From: a virus | DNA: 64,000 bases | Reading direction: 5' to 3' (one strand) | IMG/VR virus record: IMGVR_UViG_3300009499_000001 | Location: 6,892-70,891 of that record | Program-made: the position numbers and the translations under genes | Shown: one piece after another, positions 46,248 to 55,954 of the stretch | Numbering within the stretch: the first letter of the stretch is position 1 | Layout: every line of letters starts with the position of its first letter | Notes under the pieces: model-generated | The model's database searches: none | The model's input: the letters and a program-made list of their open reading frames with translations, nothing else | Told to the model about the DNA's origin: nothing

Positions 46248-47327
46248 CTACGCGGAGAAGCTCAGTTCGCCAGCCAATTGGGGGTCGAGCGTGACTGGGT
46301 TCGTCCAAGTGATGATCCCAACGCGGGGGAACTTGATCGTCCCGCCGTAGAGGTTTACTGCGGTCGAGCCAATGCTTCGCGCCTTGGCAGTTCCGGTCAG
46401 ATCGAGGACGCCCTCGTCGCGGATGTTCACTGTGCCAAGCGTCACGGGCGTACCGTTCACGTCTGCGGTTTCCACGCCGCCGAGCGTTATGGCGTCGTCG
46501 TCTGCTGGGAATCCCCCGCTGAAGGTGTCGGCCTCAAATGTTCCGCTTGCATCGCCCGATGGGACGGTGCGTACAACGCCCGTCCAGGTGCCGTCAGTGA
46601 ATGTATCGCCCACCGCCGCATTGGTCATGTTGGTGCCCCCATCGAAGGTGATGAGCATGTTGTCGCTGTTGTGGTAGTACGTCCCGCCGTTCAGATTCAG
46701 GGTCGCAACCCTGGCAGCCTCTTGGTGGAGCGTGCCCCCGGTCTGCGTGATCGTCGTCGCCCCAGAGTAGTTCGTGACCGTCCCGCCACTCACGATCAAG
46801 TTGGTCATGGTGACATCACTTCCGAGCGTGACGTTGCCCTGCTTCACGATGATGGTGGTGCAGGCGAAGCCGGTGAGGGCGTCGTCGTTGGGCATTCCGC
46901 CCAGGGCGATGTCCCCGCTCCCCTCGGAATCGCAGATCAGCAGCGCGTTGGTCGCCCCAAGCAACAACAGGCCGTAGTCCGACCCGTCGCCTCCCGCGCC
47001 GACGTCCAGAATCCGCATCGCGCCGGCGCAGTTGTCCACTTGCAGGAACGCTTGGCCACTGCCGGCATACGTCAGGGCATCGGTGTCGATGTACAACGGC
47101 GCTATGCGTGAACCCAGATCGCACGCGAAGCCCGGTTCGACGAAGAAGTTCGCCAGGAGCACGGCCGACTTGTCCTCGCCGGCGACATCCTTGGTGCTGG
47201 CCGCCGCTAAGGCGGGGAAGATGACTGTATCTGTGCTGGCCGGTGTGTCGGCGCTGTGCCAGTTCCCCACAGCGTCGAAATCGTTGTCGCCTGCTGCGCC
47301 ATTCCAAAGATGACTCTCAGCGGCCAT
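46248..47327 (-). CDS. Virion structural protein with beta-helix-like repeats
   Basis: WNGAAGDNDF...NW; Gly/Thr-rich repeats (LIVSGGTV, TQTGGTL, LNLNGGT). Confidence 0.7.
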   Translation of the reverse strand: MAAESHLWNGAAGDNDFDAVGNWHSADTPASTDTVIFPALAAASTKDVAGEDKSAVLLANFFVEPGFACDLGSRIAPLYIDTDALTYAGSGQAFLQVDNCAGAMRILDVGAGGDGSDYGLLLLGATNALLICDSEGSGDIALGGMPNDDALTGFACTTIIVKQGNVTLGSDVTMTNLIVSGGTVTNYSGATTITQTGGTLHQEAARVATLNLNGGTYYHNSDNMLITFDGGTNMTNAAVGDTFTDGTWTGVVRTVPSGDASGTFEADTFSGGFPADDDAITLGGVETADVNGTPVTLGTVNIRDEGVLDLTGTAKARSIGSTAVNLYGGTIKFPRVGIITWTNPVTLDPQLAGELSFSA

Positions 47328-47392
47328 GATTCAATCCATCCTTTCTCAGACCCACTGCTGCTGGGGCTCCTTGTCTGTGGGCTTGGCTATCC

Positions 47393-48439
47393 TCAGCCCT
47401 TCTTTTCAAATCCGTTGGCCACGTCCCACTGCACCAGGCAGTTATCGTAGTCAATTTCCCACCCTTTCGTGGTGTCCTGCCTGTCTCCAGGGTCCGCCGT
47501 GGGCTCTTGACACCATGCCGGGAAAGGCAGAGCGGCTGGGTCACCCAAGGAGTCGGAGGAGAACGGATTCGTCACGTCCGAGGAAGGCGAGTCCACGAGC
47601 CAACACGCCCACGCATCCTCTGAGATCCGCGTTTCCCCGTTGTTATGCCACTCTGTCACGTCTCCCTCGTTGTAGATCGGGGGGGCGGTGGCCCATACGA
47701 ACCACCGAATCGCTCGGCTAATGCCCGTTCCAAGATTATCCACACAGCGACATCTGCTTCGGAGCCGCGTCGCGTAGGCACCGTAATCCCCGTCAAAGTT
47801 AAACCTCGCTCTCGTGGTCGCCCAGGGAGCATAATCCCCAGGGGTTACAACATCCCAATCTGCTTCGACGTCTGTTTTGACGACCGCCCACGGCCCCGGG
47901 TGATTGGGGTCTAGCCATCCGAATTGTAGCCCTGCCTCTCCGTATTTACTCGCCGTGCCATCCCACCCCACGTCTCCCTGCTGCCAGATCATGGCATTTA
48001 GACACTTCTGAATGTCCTCAAAAATCCACGGCCCAATAATCTCCCCTGACGTGAGTTTATGCGAGAGATCACTTCCTCCATCGTCAGGATGGGTGGCGTA
48101 TGCCCGGAAAGTCGAAGTCGAAAGGCCGGCCGCCGAAAACAGCGCCGCCAAGTTAGCGTAATGCTGGACGTTCCCGGCCGCGTCGTAATAATCCACAGGA
48201 TGCCGCATACCGGCAGCATGGGATATGGCGAAGTCGTTGTAATGATCGATGATCCACTGCTGCATGTCCGCCCAGACGGACGCAAGCTGCACATCCTCCC
48301 CTTCGGCCTTCAGTCCCATTAAGGGTGTGTCCCCAATGGCGGTCTGCCGCTCTCTGATAGCCGAGATAAAATCGTTCACGTTGGTCAGCTCCGACCAATA
48401 CGGGTTCGTGGTCCAGTCTATGATCGACCAATTGGCCAT
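47393..48439 (-). CDS. Putative tail/receptor-binding protein
   Basis: Trp/Asp-rich 348 aa, lower GC; in structural block. Confidence 0.55.
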   Translation of the reverse strand: MANWSIIDWTTNPYWSELTNVNDFISAIRERQTAIGDTPLMGLKAEGEDVQLASVWADMQQWIIDHYNDFAISHAAGMRHPVDYYDAAGNVQHYANLAALFSAAGLSTSTFRAYATHPDDGGSDLSHKLTSGEIIGPWIFEDIQKCLNAMIWQQGDVGWDGTASKYGEAGLQFGWLDPNHPGPWAVVKTDVEADWDVVTPGDYAPWATTRARFNFDGDYGAYATRLRSRCRCVDNLGTGISRAIRWFVWATAPPIYNEGDVTEWHNNGETRISEDAWACWLVDSPSSDVTNPFSSDSLGDPAALPFPAWCQEPTADPGDRQDTTKGWEIDYDNCLVQWDVANGFEKKG

Positions 48440-49455
48440 CAGTGAGCCCTCACGTAATCCCAACCGACGGCACCGGGGTTCGCGGCATCCGTCAGTTGCA
48501 GCACCTTGTACTGCCCGGTGCCGGCCAAAAGGTCCCACTCGACGTTGATGATGAGACCCTCGTTGTCGCCAAATGGAATGTAGGCCAGCACATCGTGTTC
48601 GCTGATCTGGGGCTGGACGGCATCAGCCGCCAGGGTTGCGTCGGTTGGGGTGACCACATAGCCGGTGACATTGGCTGCGCCGTCGAACAGAACCCCATCC
48701 TCATCGCACGGGTACAGCGTTATCTCGTTTCCGGAAGACCAGTCCGCGCTGGCCTTGCCCCACAGGAATGTGGGTTCGGGCAGGAGCTTGGGTGCCAACG
48801 GATCCGAGTCCAAGCCTCGCGTCTGCTCGATAGGGGGTTCGCCGTGCAGCAATTCCTCGGGCCCGCTGCCTACCCGCCGGGCGCTGGGTCTCGGCCGCGG
48901 CTCGGGCCAGTTCTCGTCGATCTCGGCTTCCAATTCGCCGAAGTCGATCTGGCCAGCCGATTCTTCCAGCGTGGGCAGTTCTGGGAAATCCGCGTCGGTC
49001 ACCTCAGCGAGCTTTTCGAGTTCGCCCAGATCGGGAACCTCGGCCTCTGGTAGTTCAATCTCCTCGACGGCAGCACTCTCTGGGGCAGGTTGCTCGAAGT
49101 CGGTCTCGCCGGCCGATTCGTCAACTGCCGGGGCGTCAGGGGCTTCCACTTCGGTGACTTCTGGCTCAGGGATCTGGATTTCCTCAGGTCCCGGAACGTC
49201 GGCGGCCGGCTCGGATGTTTCGTCTTCTGGGGATTCCTGCAACTCCGGCGGGATCTCGGGTTCCTCCTGAGGGCTGTCGTCGGGCAATTGGACCGGATCA
49301 TCTTCGGCCTGGAGCGCCTGCACTTCCTCCGCTCCTGGGGCCTGGTTCTGGCTCAGGCGTTCACCGCGCAGCCAGTCCAACACCTTCCCAAGCCAGCTTC
49401 GCCGAGTTGCGTCGTCTCCTACCATGGTCGTCAATCGCGGATCATGCTGTCCCAC
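48439..49455 (-). CDS. Structural protein with long acidic Glu/Pro linker
   Basis: E/P/D-rich middle, beta-rich C-terminus. Confidence 0.6.
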   Translation of the reverse strand: MGQHDPRLTTMVGDDATRRSWLGKVLDWLRGERLSQNQAPGAEEVQALQAEDDPVQLPDDSPQEEPEIPPELQESPEDETSEPAADVPGPEEIQIPEPEVTEVEAPDAPAVDESAGETDFEQPAPESAAVEEIELPEAEVPDLGELEKLAEVTDADFPELPTLEESAGQIDFGELEAEIDENWPEPRPRPSARRVGSGPEELLHGEPPIEQTRGLDSDPLAPKLLPEPTFLWGKASADWSSGNEITLYPCDEDGVLFDGAANVTGYVVTPTDATLAADAVQPQISEHDVLAYIPFGDNEGLIINVEWDLLAGTGQYKVLQLTDAANPGAVGWDYVRAH

Positions 49456-50327
49456 TTGCCGAAGTCGTATTTCTCGAAGGGTTCGCGGGCTTCTGGGCCA
49501 ACCTCAACCAGGTTGTCGACCCCCCCGTCCTTCTTCCACTCGCGCGCGGGCAGGAACACCTTCATGTCACGCGTTCTTCCGTCAGTGCTGGGCGTGCCGG
49601 TGACTGGGGAGATCGTCCACACGGGAACTTCCTGGATGCTCCAGATGCCCTTCTGTGACTCGAACTGTTCGTTCCACTTCTCCTTCGGCCCGAGACGCCA
49701 AAACAGATGGTCAACATAAAGGAGATCGTCCCCCATCTCCCAATCGACGCGCGCCCCAACCGACAGCATCGTTCCCTTCGCCGCCCCGAGTTTGGACATC
49801 CTGTTCTTGTTCACGCAACGGTAGCCGTTGGAGACGGAGACCCAGTCGAAGCTGTCGGCCCAGTACGCCGTCTCGATGCTGACCTCCCACAGGTCGCTGA
49901 AGTCTGTGTTGATCGCGCCAGTGAGTAGCCAGTGGTGGATCCCATCGGGCTTTCCGGGCTTGTCGTCCGTGGCACCACGCGAGTGCAGATCGGGACCCTC
50001 CATGGTCCAGCCATTGCGGTCTTTCAATTGCTTGCGCTTGCAGGGTCGCGTTCGCGCCCTGACGTGGGCCGTGCCGGGGACGCGCTGCGTCTCGTAGTAG
50101 CAGGCCAGCAGGACGCGGCCGGTGAGTCCTGCGGGGGCGTACATGGCCCGGACGCTGCGCACGGTTGGTGCAGTAAACCCCGACGTGCCTGGAAACTTCT
50201 GCCGGTGGAACCATTTGGCGTACTGAACGGCGTTTGCGCTGTACGTCACGAAGCTGCGGAGTCCCTTCCAGCGGTTCGCGCCGACGAGTTCCAGCCAACG
50301 AGGATGGACTTCAACGATCGAGGCCAT
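49431..50327 (-). CDS. Putative tail structural protein
   Basis: 298-aa ORF in late operon. Confidence 0.6.
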   Translation of the reverse strand: MASIVEVHPRWLELVGANRWKGLRSFVTYSANAVQYAKWFHRQKFPGTSGFTAPTVRSVRAMYAPAGLTGRVLLACYYETQRVPGTAHVRARTRPCKRKQLKDRNGWTMEGPDLHSRGATDDKPGKPDGIHHWLLTGAINTDFSDLWEVSIETAYWADSFDWVSVSNGYRCVNKNRMSKLGAAKGTMLSVGARVDWEMGDDLLYVDHLFWRLGPKEKWNEQFESQKGIWSIQEVPVWTISPVTGTPSTDGRTRDMKVFLPAREWKKDGGVDNLVEVGPEAREPFEKYDFGKWDSMIRD

Positions 50328-50342
50328 GGGTTGCGTTTCTTA

Positions 50343-50588
50343 TCAAAAGCCGCCAGCGACGAAGCCCTGGAACGTGGCGACGTGGTAGTAGATCCCAGGG
50401 ACCACTTCTGGCTCGCTCGTAACCTCTGTGCAAACCCGACCACTGATCCCGCTATCGTCCGGGAACAAAGAACCGATTGCGGGAAGACCTGTGCTGTCGT
50501 CATCGGTGACGAACAACTGTGTGCCGAAGGTCATCTTGCCCGTCTCCCTCTCTTCCCGGCTTCCCTTGATTTCCTGTCCTGCTGCCAT
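50343..50588 (-). CDS. Small structural protein, paralog A1
   Basis: QEIKGSR...PEVVPG..Y...FQGFVA; AGGAG RBS. Confidence 0.7.
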   Translation of the reverse strand: MAAGQEIKGSREERETGKMTFGTQLFVTDDDSTGLPAIGSLFPDDSGISGRVCTEVTSEPEVVPGIYYHVATFQGFVAGGF

Positions 50589-50613
50589 AGATTCACTCCT
50601 CTCACATGGTGGA

Positions 50614-50877
50614 TCACGAGTAGGCGACGAAGGCGCGGTACAGGCAGGTGATGAACCACACACCTGGAATCACTTCAGGACTCTTCTGAACGCTGACGCA
50701 CCGTAGTTCAGCAAGGGTGCTTGCCCCCGTCTCGCCATGATCGGAGGTGAAGTCGCTCGCCGTCGCCGGGGCATCTGCCGCGGCCAGCGCGACGAAGAGA
50801 CGCTGGCCGCGCAAGAATTTCCCCCCCGTCCATTTCTTGCGGCTGCCCTTGATTTCCTGGTTGTCTGCGACTGCCAT
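50614..50877 (-). CDS. Small structural protein, paralog A2
   Basis: QEIKGSR...PEVIPG..F...YRAFVA; AGGAG RBS. Confidence 0.7.
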   Translation of the reverse strand: MAVADNQEIKGSRKKWTGGKFLRGQRLFVALAAADAPATASDFTSDHGETGASTLAELRCVSVQKSPEVIPGVWFITCLYRAFVAYS

Positions 50878-50902
50878 TGGTTCACTCCTGTAAGGCGCAG
50901 GG

Positions 50903-51169
50903 TCATGCGTACGCTTCAGGCTGAATCAAAGTGATCGTCACCTGGAGGCTGCCGTCGTCGTTCTGCTTGCGGCGGGGATTCCGGAGGACCCGCGGCGTCA
51001 GCAGCGCACTGGGCGAGTCCACGTCGTTCAGGTCCACAGCATCCCCCCGGGCCGGGATCAGATTCGCCGCATCGTCCTCGGGGACGTTGTAGACGCGCGT
51101 GTAGAGCTGGCCGATCTTGATCGCCCGTTGCTGCCGCTTCGGGATGTCCTCATAGTCCTGGAGGTCCAC
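50903..51169 (-). CDS. Small hypothetical structural protein
   Basis: 88-aa ORF in late operon. Confidence 0.6.
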   Translation of the reverse strand: MDLQDYEDIPKRQQRAIKIGQLYTRVYNVPEDDAANLIPARGDAVDLNDVDSPSALLTPRVLRNPRRKQNDDGSLQVTITLIQPEAYA

Positions 51170-51194
51170 TACGGGCCTGCCTTAATGGCTTCGG

Positions 51195-51548
51195 CTACGC
51201 CGCGTTCGAGTCGTGGTTCTGATACCACGCATTAGCCGTGCAGACGACGAGAGCACACTCGCCGCGCGTGAGCGTGATTGTGTCCATGCCCAACCCGCCG
51301 CCGCCGAAGCCTGCGGTGACAACGACGGTCAGATTGTTGGCCCCGCGGTTCGCGCAGAGGAGCTTGCAGCCCTTGACTTGGTCACCTGCGGCCGGCAACG
51401 TGACCGCGACGGCGCCGTCGGTCGTGTCCACCTCCACGATCCGATGGCCTCGGACCTGCCACACGGTCAGCGTGAGGGTGGCGGTCACGGCCAACGTGCC
51501 AATGGCAAGGGCTTGCTGTTCTCTCGCCAGTTCATTGTGACTCGGCAT
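51195..51548 (-). CDS. Small beta-rich virion protein, paralog B1
   Basis: TATLTL...VDT....VTLPAA...GAN...GFGGGG..D.....VC....WY. Confidence 0.7.
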   Translation of the reverse strand: MPSHNELAREQQALAIGTLAVTATLTLTVWQVRGHRIVEVDTTDGAVAVTLPAAGDQVKGCKLLCANRGANNLTVVVTAGFGGGGLGMDTITLTRGECALVVCTANAWYQNHDSNAA

Positions 51549-51663
51549 GTCTCGTTACTCCTTCAGTTCGGCCACCTGGGCGCGGTCTGCGGCACCGCGC
51601 AGCGCGCCGGGTCCAAGCCGATCCCGATGTCCTCAACGGTCAGTGCGACCCGGCACCAATTGC

Positions 51664-52026
51664 TTACTGGTCGCCGGCCGCGGCAACCTCTCCGCCGGCG
51701 TACCAACGAGTTCCGTCGCAAAAGACATCCATGAACCCGCCGCACCCGATGGTGGCGTAGTCGTAGCTCTCCCCCCCGGCCCCGAACCCGGCCGCGACAA
51801 GCACGCTCACGCCGTTCGCCCCGTACGCACAGATTCGCCGACACACGTTCTTGAGCGCGGCTGAGGCCGCCGGGAGGGTCAGTTCAACGTCCGCGGAGGC
51901 GGTGTTGACGATGATGACGGGGAAGTTCAGAACCTCCCTCACTGTCAACGTGGCGGTGGCCGTTTTGGTGAGCACGCTCCTGAGGGCCTCGTCTCGTTTC
52001 GGGATCAAAGTCTGGCTGCCTGGCAT
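51664..52026 (-). CDS. Small beta-rich virion protein, paralog B2
   Basis: TATLTV...VNT....LTLPAA...GAN...GFGAGG..D.....FCDG..WY. Confidence 0.7.
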   Translation of the reverse strand: MPGSQTLIPKRDEALRSVLTKTATATLTVREVLNFPVIIVNTASADVELTLPAASAALKNVCRRICAYGANGVSVLVAAGFGAGGESYDYATIGCGGFMDVFCDGTRWYAGGEVAAAGDQ

Positions 52027-52041
52027 CTTCCTGCTCCTTCC

Positions 52042-52083
52042 AAAAAAGAGCCCTCCCGACCTCTGCGCAGGTAGAGAGGGTTT
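52042..52083 (-). terminator. Intrinsic terminator with CTGCGCAG in loop
   Basis: AAACCCTCTC..CTGCGCAG..GGGAGGGCTCTTTTTT. Confidence 0.6.
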
Positions 52084-52149
52084 GGTTTCTCTCGCAAGTC
52101 GCCGGTGCGTAGCCGGTCGCTTGCTGGCCTTACTTACTTGTCTGAGTCC

Positions 52150-52752
52150 TTATCCTTTGATGTCGCACAGCACCTGGATGCCGTCGAGCTGAGCAATGGT
52201 GCCAACCGCCCCGCCGGTGTCGTTGGTGACAACGCGAATGAACACCCGTATGATCCGGCCAGCAAGCAATCCCGATTCGTCGATGTCGGCAGTTGCCAAG
52301 GCCCAGCTATCAGTCACGTCGGTCGGAGTAAACGCGGATAGCAGATCGCTGCCGGCGCCGCCCTGCTGGTCGGACTTGTAGACCTCGCAACTCGCGGTGG
52401 TGGAGTCGGTAGCGGCCCCGACGGACTCCTGCTGATACCATCGCACCTTCACATCGCCTGCGGCGACGTACTCTGCCGGCAGGGCGAAGTCGAACATCAG
52501 CGTGTCCGTCTTGGTGTTGCCGGTGGCGGCCTCACCGTCAATCGTGAGCGTACCCGTCCCGAAGCCGCCGCTTGTGAGGTTGAATAGCCCCGCCCCGCCG
52601 GTGGCGTCAATCACGCTCCCATCATCATTGCGAAGGTCGCCCACGGGGATCGCGTAAGCGGCCAGGGCGTTCTCGGCCATCTTGCTACGCGCGATGGCCG
52701 CGTCGTCCCTGACGTTTACGTTGGCAATTTGTAACAGGCTCGATCCCGACAT
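52150..52752 (-). CDS. Virion structural protein (jelly-roll-like)
   Basis: DDAAIARSKMA N-terminus, FDFALP.EY..G motif. Confidence 0.65.
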   Translation of the reverse strand: MSGSSLLQIANVNVRDDAAIARSKMAENALAAYAIPVGDLRNDDGSVIDATGGAGLFNLTSGGFGTGTLTIDGEAATGNTKTDTLMFDFALPAEYVAAGDVKVRWYQQESVGAATDSTTASCEVYKSDQQGGAGSDLLSAFTPTDVTDSWALATADIDESGLLAGRIIRVFIRVVTNDTGGAVGTIAQLDGIQVLCDIKG

Positions 52753-52842
52753 TTGGTCACCTTTCTTTCTTATCTCGCTGGTTCGCCGGAAGACCTGGGC
52801 GCATGTTGTGTGAGGCGTTGCCTGTCATGCTCGTCGTCGCTC

Positions 52843-53142
52843 TCACCAAATCTCACCCCAGATGCCGGACAGGTCACTGCCGCCAGCTACCCGCTTTACT
52901 TGCACGGCCTTATCCCGGATATAGATGTCATCATCGGTGATGACCGTGGCCGCAGGGAGGCGAGACCACGTGCTGCCTCCATCGGCTGACCAAAACCCTG
53001 CAACCGCCCCTTCATTTATCAGGCGCGCGTGGCGGAATGTGCGCGCGGGTCCCTGAGTGGCGATGACCTCAACGGCGGTGTCGGCCGTCGTGGCCTTGGC
53101 CGTCGTCCCGGAAGTCACTTTGATTGTCGCTGGCGCTGGCAT
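52843..53142 (-). CDS. Small structural protein
   Basis: 99 aa, beta-rich; AAAGGA RBS. Confidence 0.6.
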   Translation of the reverse strand: MPAPATIKVTSGTTAKATTADTAVEVIATQGPARTFRHARLINEGAVAGFWSADGGSTWSRLPAATVITDDDIYIRDKAVQVKRVAGGSDLSGIWGEIW

Positions 53143-53160
53143 TGCAGTATTCCTTTCACG

Positions 53161-54459
53161 CTACGTTGAGTACGTCCACTCGCTCATCTGCGGATCCGCG
53201 GAGGGTTGCACGTCCGAGCGGTCGGCGTTGTATCCCAAGTTCTTGGGCCGGTCGGCCAGGTCGCGGCGGATGCTGGCCAGCAGCAACCCCCCGACTTGCC
53301 GCCCGGCAACGCGTTCGGCGTTCTCCTGGCAGTACAGCTTCCATTCCTTCCCGCAAGTCCCGTGCTTCCATTGCTCGGCAATCGCCTTTGCGGCCTGGAC
53401 GATGGCCATGGCGTGCTTCTGGCCCCCGAGCGGATAGTCGTTGTCGTTGACCAACTCGGCCGCCTCCGCCCGGTAGGGGTAGTACAGGGTGAGGTCCGCG
53501 TCCGGCACGGGATACCACATCGCACACGATCGCTGGCCCGTCGCCAGAACATGCGTCTTGGGCAGGATGGCGTAGTACAACGGCGTCCCGGCCTCATTCT
53601 CGCTGGCCGTCTTGAGCACGCGGATGTTCTCGTAGGTGGTTCGCTCGATCTTGGTTCGGCCCAAGCCGGCATCGGGGGCGAACCGGAAGTCGCCGCGCAT
53701 CTCCCCGAAGTCCGCTGGCAGATCGGTGGTGTCGTCGGCCGTTGTGACCGCCAACGTGGCGTCGGGGTGCATAAAGGTCCAAGGCCACTCGGCGAGGAAC
53801 GTCAGATAGCCGCGGTTCGCGATCTTCTTGCACTCGGCGAGGGCATCCCCCGTTGGCGCAGCCGTGTTCTTGAGAGACCTCCCCACTTCTTCCCAGATGT
53901 TTTGGAAGGTGAAGATCAGTGTGCCGGGCGCCGTCGGCGTACCCAGCATCGTATCGGTGATCCAGAACGTCTCGCCGTCGTAGACGATTTCGAGGACGTA
54001 CTGGTAGGTGAGGTCGGCGGCCGGGTCGGTGAACGAATACTGATAGACGCCCGTGGCGGTCATGGTCAGGGCGGTGCCGTCAGCCACCACCAACGGCGTT
54101 ATGGTTCCCGCGCTCGCGTACGTCGTGTACCCGCTGGAATCGACGGTGGTAGCCAAGTCGGAATCGCTGTAGAGGGCGAAGGTCGTGGTCGTCAGCACGT
54201 CGACGTAGTAGTTGTTGCCGTTCAACTGCGTCATCCCGACGACAGCGCTGATGTTGACGAATTGGCCGTCGGAGTAGCCGTGCGCGGCGGCTGTCGTAAT
54301 GACGCAGGGGTCCGCCTTGGTGGCGGCATTGGCTGTGGCGTTGCTGAGATCCGTCCGGGTGACGCCGTAGGTTCCCCCCTGGTTCGACAGCTTCACGGAC
54401 GTCATGTCCGTGGCAACGCCGCCTACTTTGAACGATTCGGCAATCGTGGTTGTACTCAT
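53161..54459 (-). CDS. Head-tail adaptor-like protein with N-terminal E1-FCCH-like domain
   Basis: ATKADPCVITTAAAHG.SDGQ.V.IS.V.GMTQLNGN.Y.V....TTFALY; C-half WPWTF...DLPADF...GTP.YY...WYPVPD. Confidence 0.7.
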   Translation of the reverse strand: MSTTTIAESFKVGGVATDMTSVKLSNQGGTYGVTRTDLSNATANAATKADPCVITTAAAHGYSDGQFVNISAVVGMTQLNGNNYYVDVLTTTTFALYSDSDLATTVDSSGYTTYASAGTITPLVVADGTALTMTATGVYQYSFTDPAADLTYQYVLEIVYDGETFWITDTMLGTPTAPGTLIFTFQNIWEEVGRSLKNTAAPTGDALAECKKIANRGYLTFLAEWPWTFMHPDATLAVTTADDTTDLPADFGEMRGDFRFAPDAGLGRTKIERTTYENIRVLKTASENEAGTPLYYAILPKTHVLATGQRSCAMWYPVPDADLTLYYPYRAEAAELVNDNDYPLGGQKHAMAIVQAAKAIAEQWKHGTCGKEWKLYCQENAERVAGRQVGGLLLASIRRDLADRPKNLGYNADRSDVQPSADPQMSEWTYST

Positions 54460-54463
54460 GCCA

Positions 54464-55954
54464 TTACCTGGTTATCACATGCCGCTCAATTTGGAGGTTC
54501 TTGATCGTGGTCGCGGTCGCAAGCACATCCGCAGCGCCCTCCAGGCTGTCCGTGGACAACACATAATCGCTGGTGTCGCCGGTTTTGGTCATCAGGTTCG
54601 AGAGGACCGTTCCGTCAGGAACCTCGGTGGTCATGTCGGCGTTGTTGGCAACGGCGGTTTTCATCAGGTGATCGAGATTGAGGGCAACTAGGGCATCGTT
54701 AGCCTCGGATTCGATTTCAGCTTTCGCAGCAGCGGTGAAGCCACCGATGGTGCCCGAGAGGTTGCCGTAGATGCCGACGCCGGTGCCGTGGGGCGCAAGG
54801 CTGATGGCATTTGCATTGGCCGCGACCGCAGTTGCCCTGATCCCGACACCACCTACTGAGCCACCTTGGCATTGGAAGCCCGCGCCGGACAGCCCAGCCT
54901 CGGTATAGATGCCGGCGTTCGTGCCGCCACCCTGGCAGTGCATACCGATTCCGCTGACGCTGACAAAGTAGGCACCCTTGCCTTCGTTGCTGCCCGAACT
55001 GCCATACAGACCATGACCGAAGTTGCCCCCCTTGGCTCGTAGGCCCGCGCCTGTGCCGCCCGATGTGGGATCGCCTTCGAGGTACATGCCGTTGCCGTCG
55101 CCGTCTTGGGCAGTGCCGCGGATGCCGTCTCCTGAGGTGCTGCCACCTTGAGCGTACAAGCCGTGGCCAGTTGCTCCACCCAGGGTGTAGATGCCCTCGC
55201 CGGTGCCGTTGCCGGCAATCTCCAAACCGTGACCGTTGCCGCCGGTGCTCTTGGCAATGACCGCGCTGCCGGCGCTGTTCTGAATGTCGAGTTGTTTGAG
55301 CTTGAGCGTGGCGTTGTTGCCGCTGATGGCTTGGCCGCCGATATGGGTGAGGTCGGCGGTGACAGCCGTTGCGGTGGCCCAAGCGCTGTCCCCGTGCGAC
55401 TCCAAGGCTGTGAGAAGGGTGGAGGCTGTCCCGGCGGCGTCGGGTACTGTCGTGTTGGCACTATCTGTCCCACGCATGGCAGTCGTGGGGATGGCGTCGA
55501 TGAGTAGGTCCAGCCGACCACCATCAGCCCACTCCGTTTGCACCAGGCCGTCATACGGGTCGAGGTCGGTCAGCGGGATCACTGCGTCGGTCTCGGCGCA
55601 GTTGGTCGCTCCGCTGATCGAGACCAGCAAGCTCTTGGCGCTGGCGACGGCCAACCTGGCATCGGCAAGTTGAATCTCGTACACGCCCGGATGGTTGGTC
55701 GCATCCACCTCCTTGAACCGGCACTTGGTGGCCGTTGGGGCGGCGTAGGTGCCGAGAGTGGCTATCGTCTCGATGGTCGAGCCGGCCTGGGTGTACGCGG
55801 TCGCAGTGGCTTCGTTGTCGGCGATGGTGGAGATGATGAGGCCAGCGCTGGCGCTCGTCAGGCCGGTCAGCCCTGCCCCGGTGGTCACCGAGGAGTTGAG
55901 AATCTTCACTCGGAGGATGACGCTGCCCTGCCCGCGTTTGTAACTGATGAGCAC
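54464..55954 (-). CDS. Tail fibre/spike with Gly-rich repeats
   Basis: Repeated GHGLY/GDGIRG/GNGMY units; KEVDATNHPGVYE N-domain. Confidence 0.7.
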   Translation of the reverse strand: MLISYKRGQGSVILRVKILNSSVTTGAGLTGLTSASAGLIISTIADNEATATAYTQAGSTIETIATLGTYAAPTATKCRFKEVDATNHPGVYEIQLADARLAVASAKSLLVSISGATNCAETDAVIPLTDLDPYDGLVQTEWADGGRLDLLIDAIPTTAMRGTDSANTTVPDAAGTASTLLTALESHGDSAWATATAVTADLTHIGGQAISGNNATLKLKQLDIQNSAGSAVIAKSTGGNGHGLEIAGNGTGEGIYTLGGATGHGLYAQGGSTSGDGIRGTAQDGDGNGMYLEGDPTSGGTGAGLRAKGGNFGHGLYGSSGSNEGKGAYFVSVSGIGMHCQGGGTNAGIYTEAGLSGAGFQCQGGSVGGVGIRATAVAANANAISLAPHGTGVGIYGNLSGTIGGFTAAAKAEIESEANDALVALNLDHLMKTAVANNADMTTEVPDGTVLSNLMTKTGDTSDYVLSTDSLEGAADVLATATTIKNLQIERHVITR

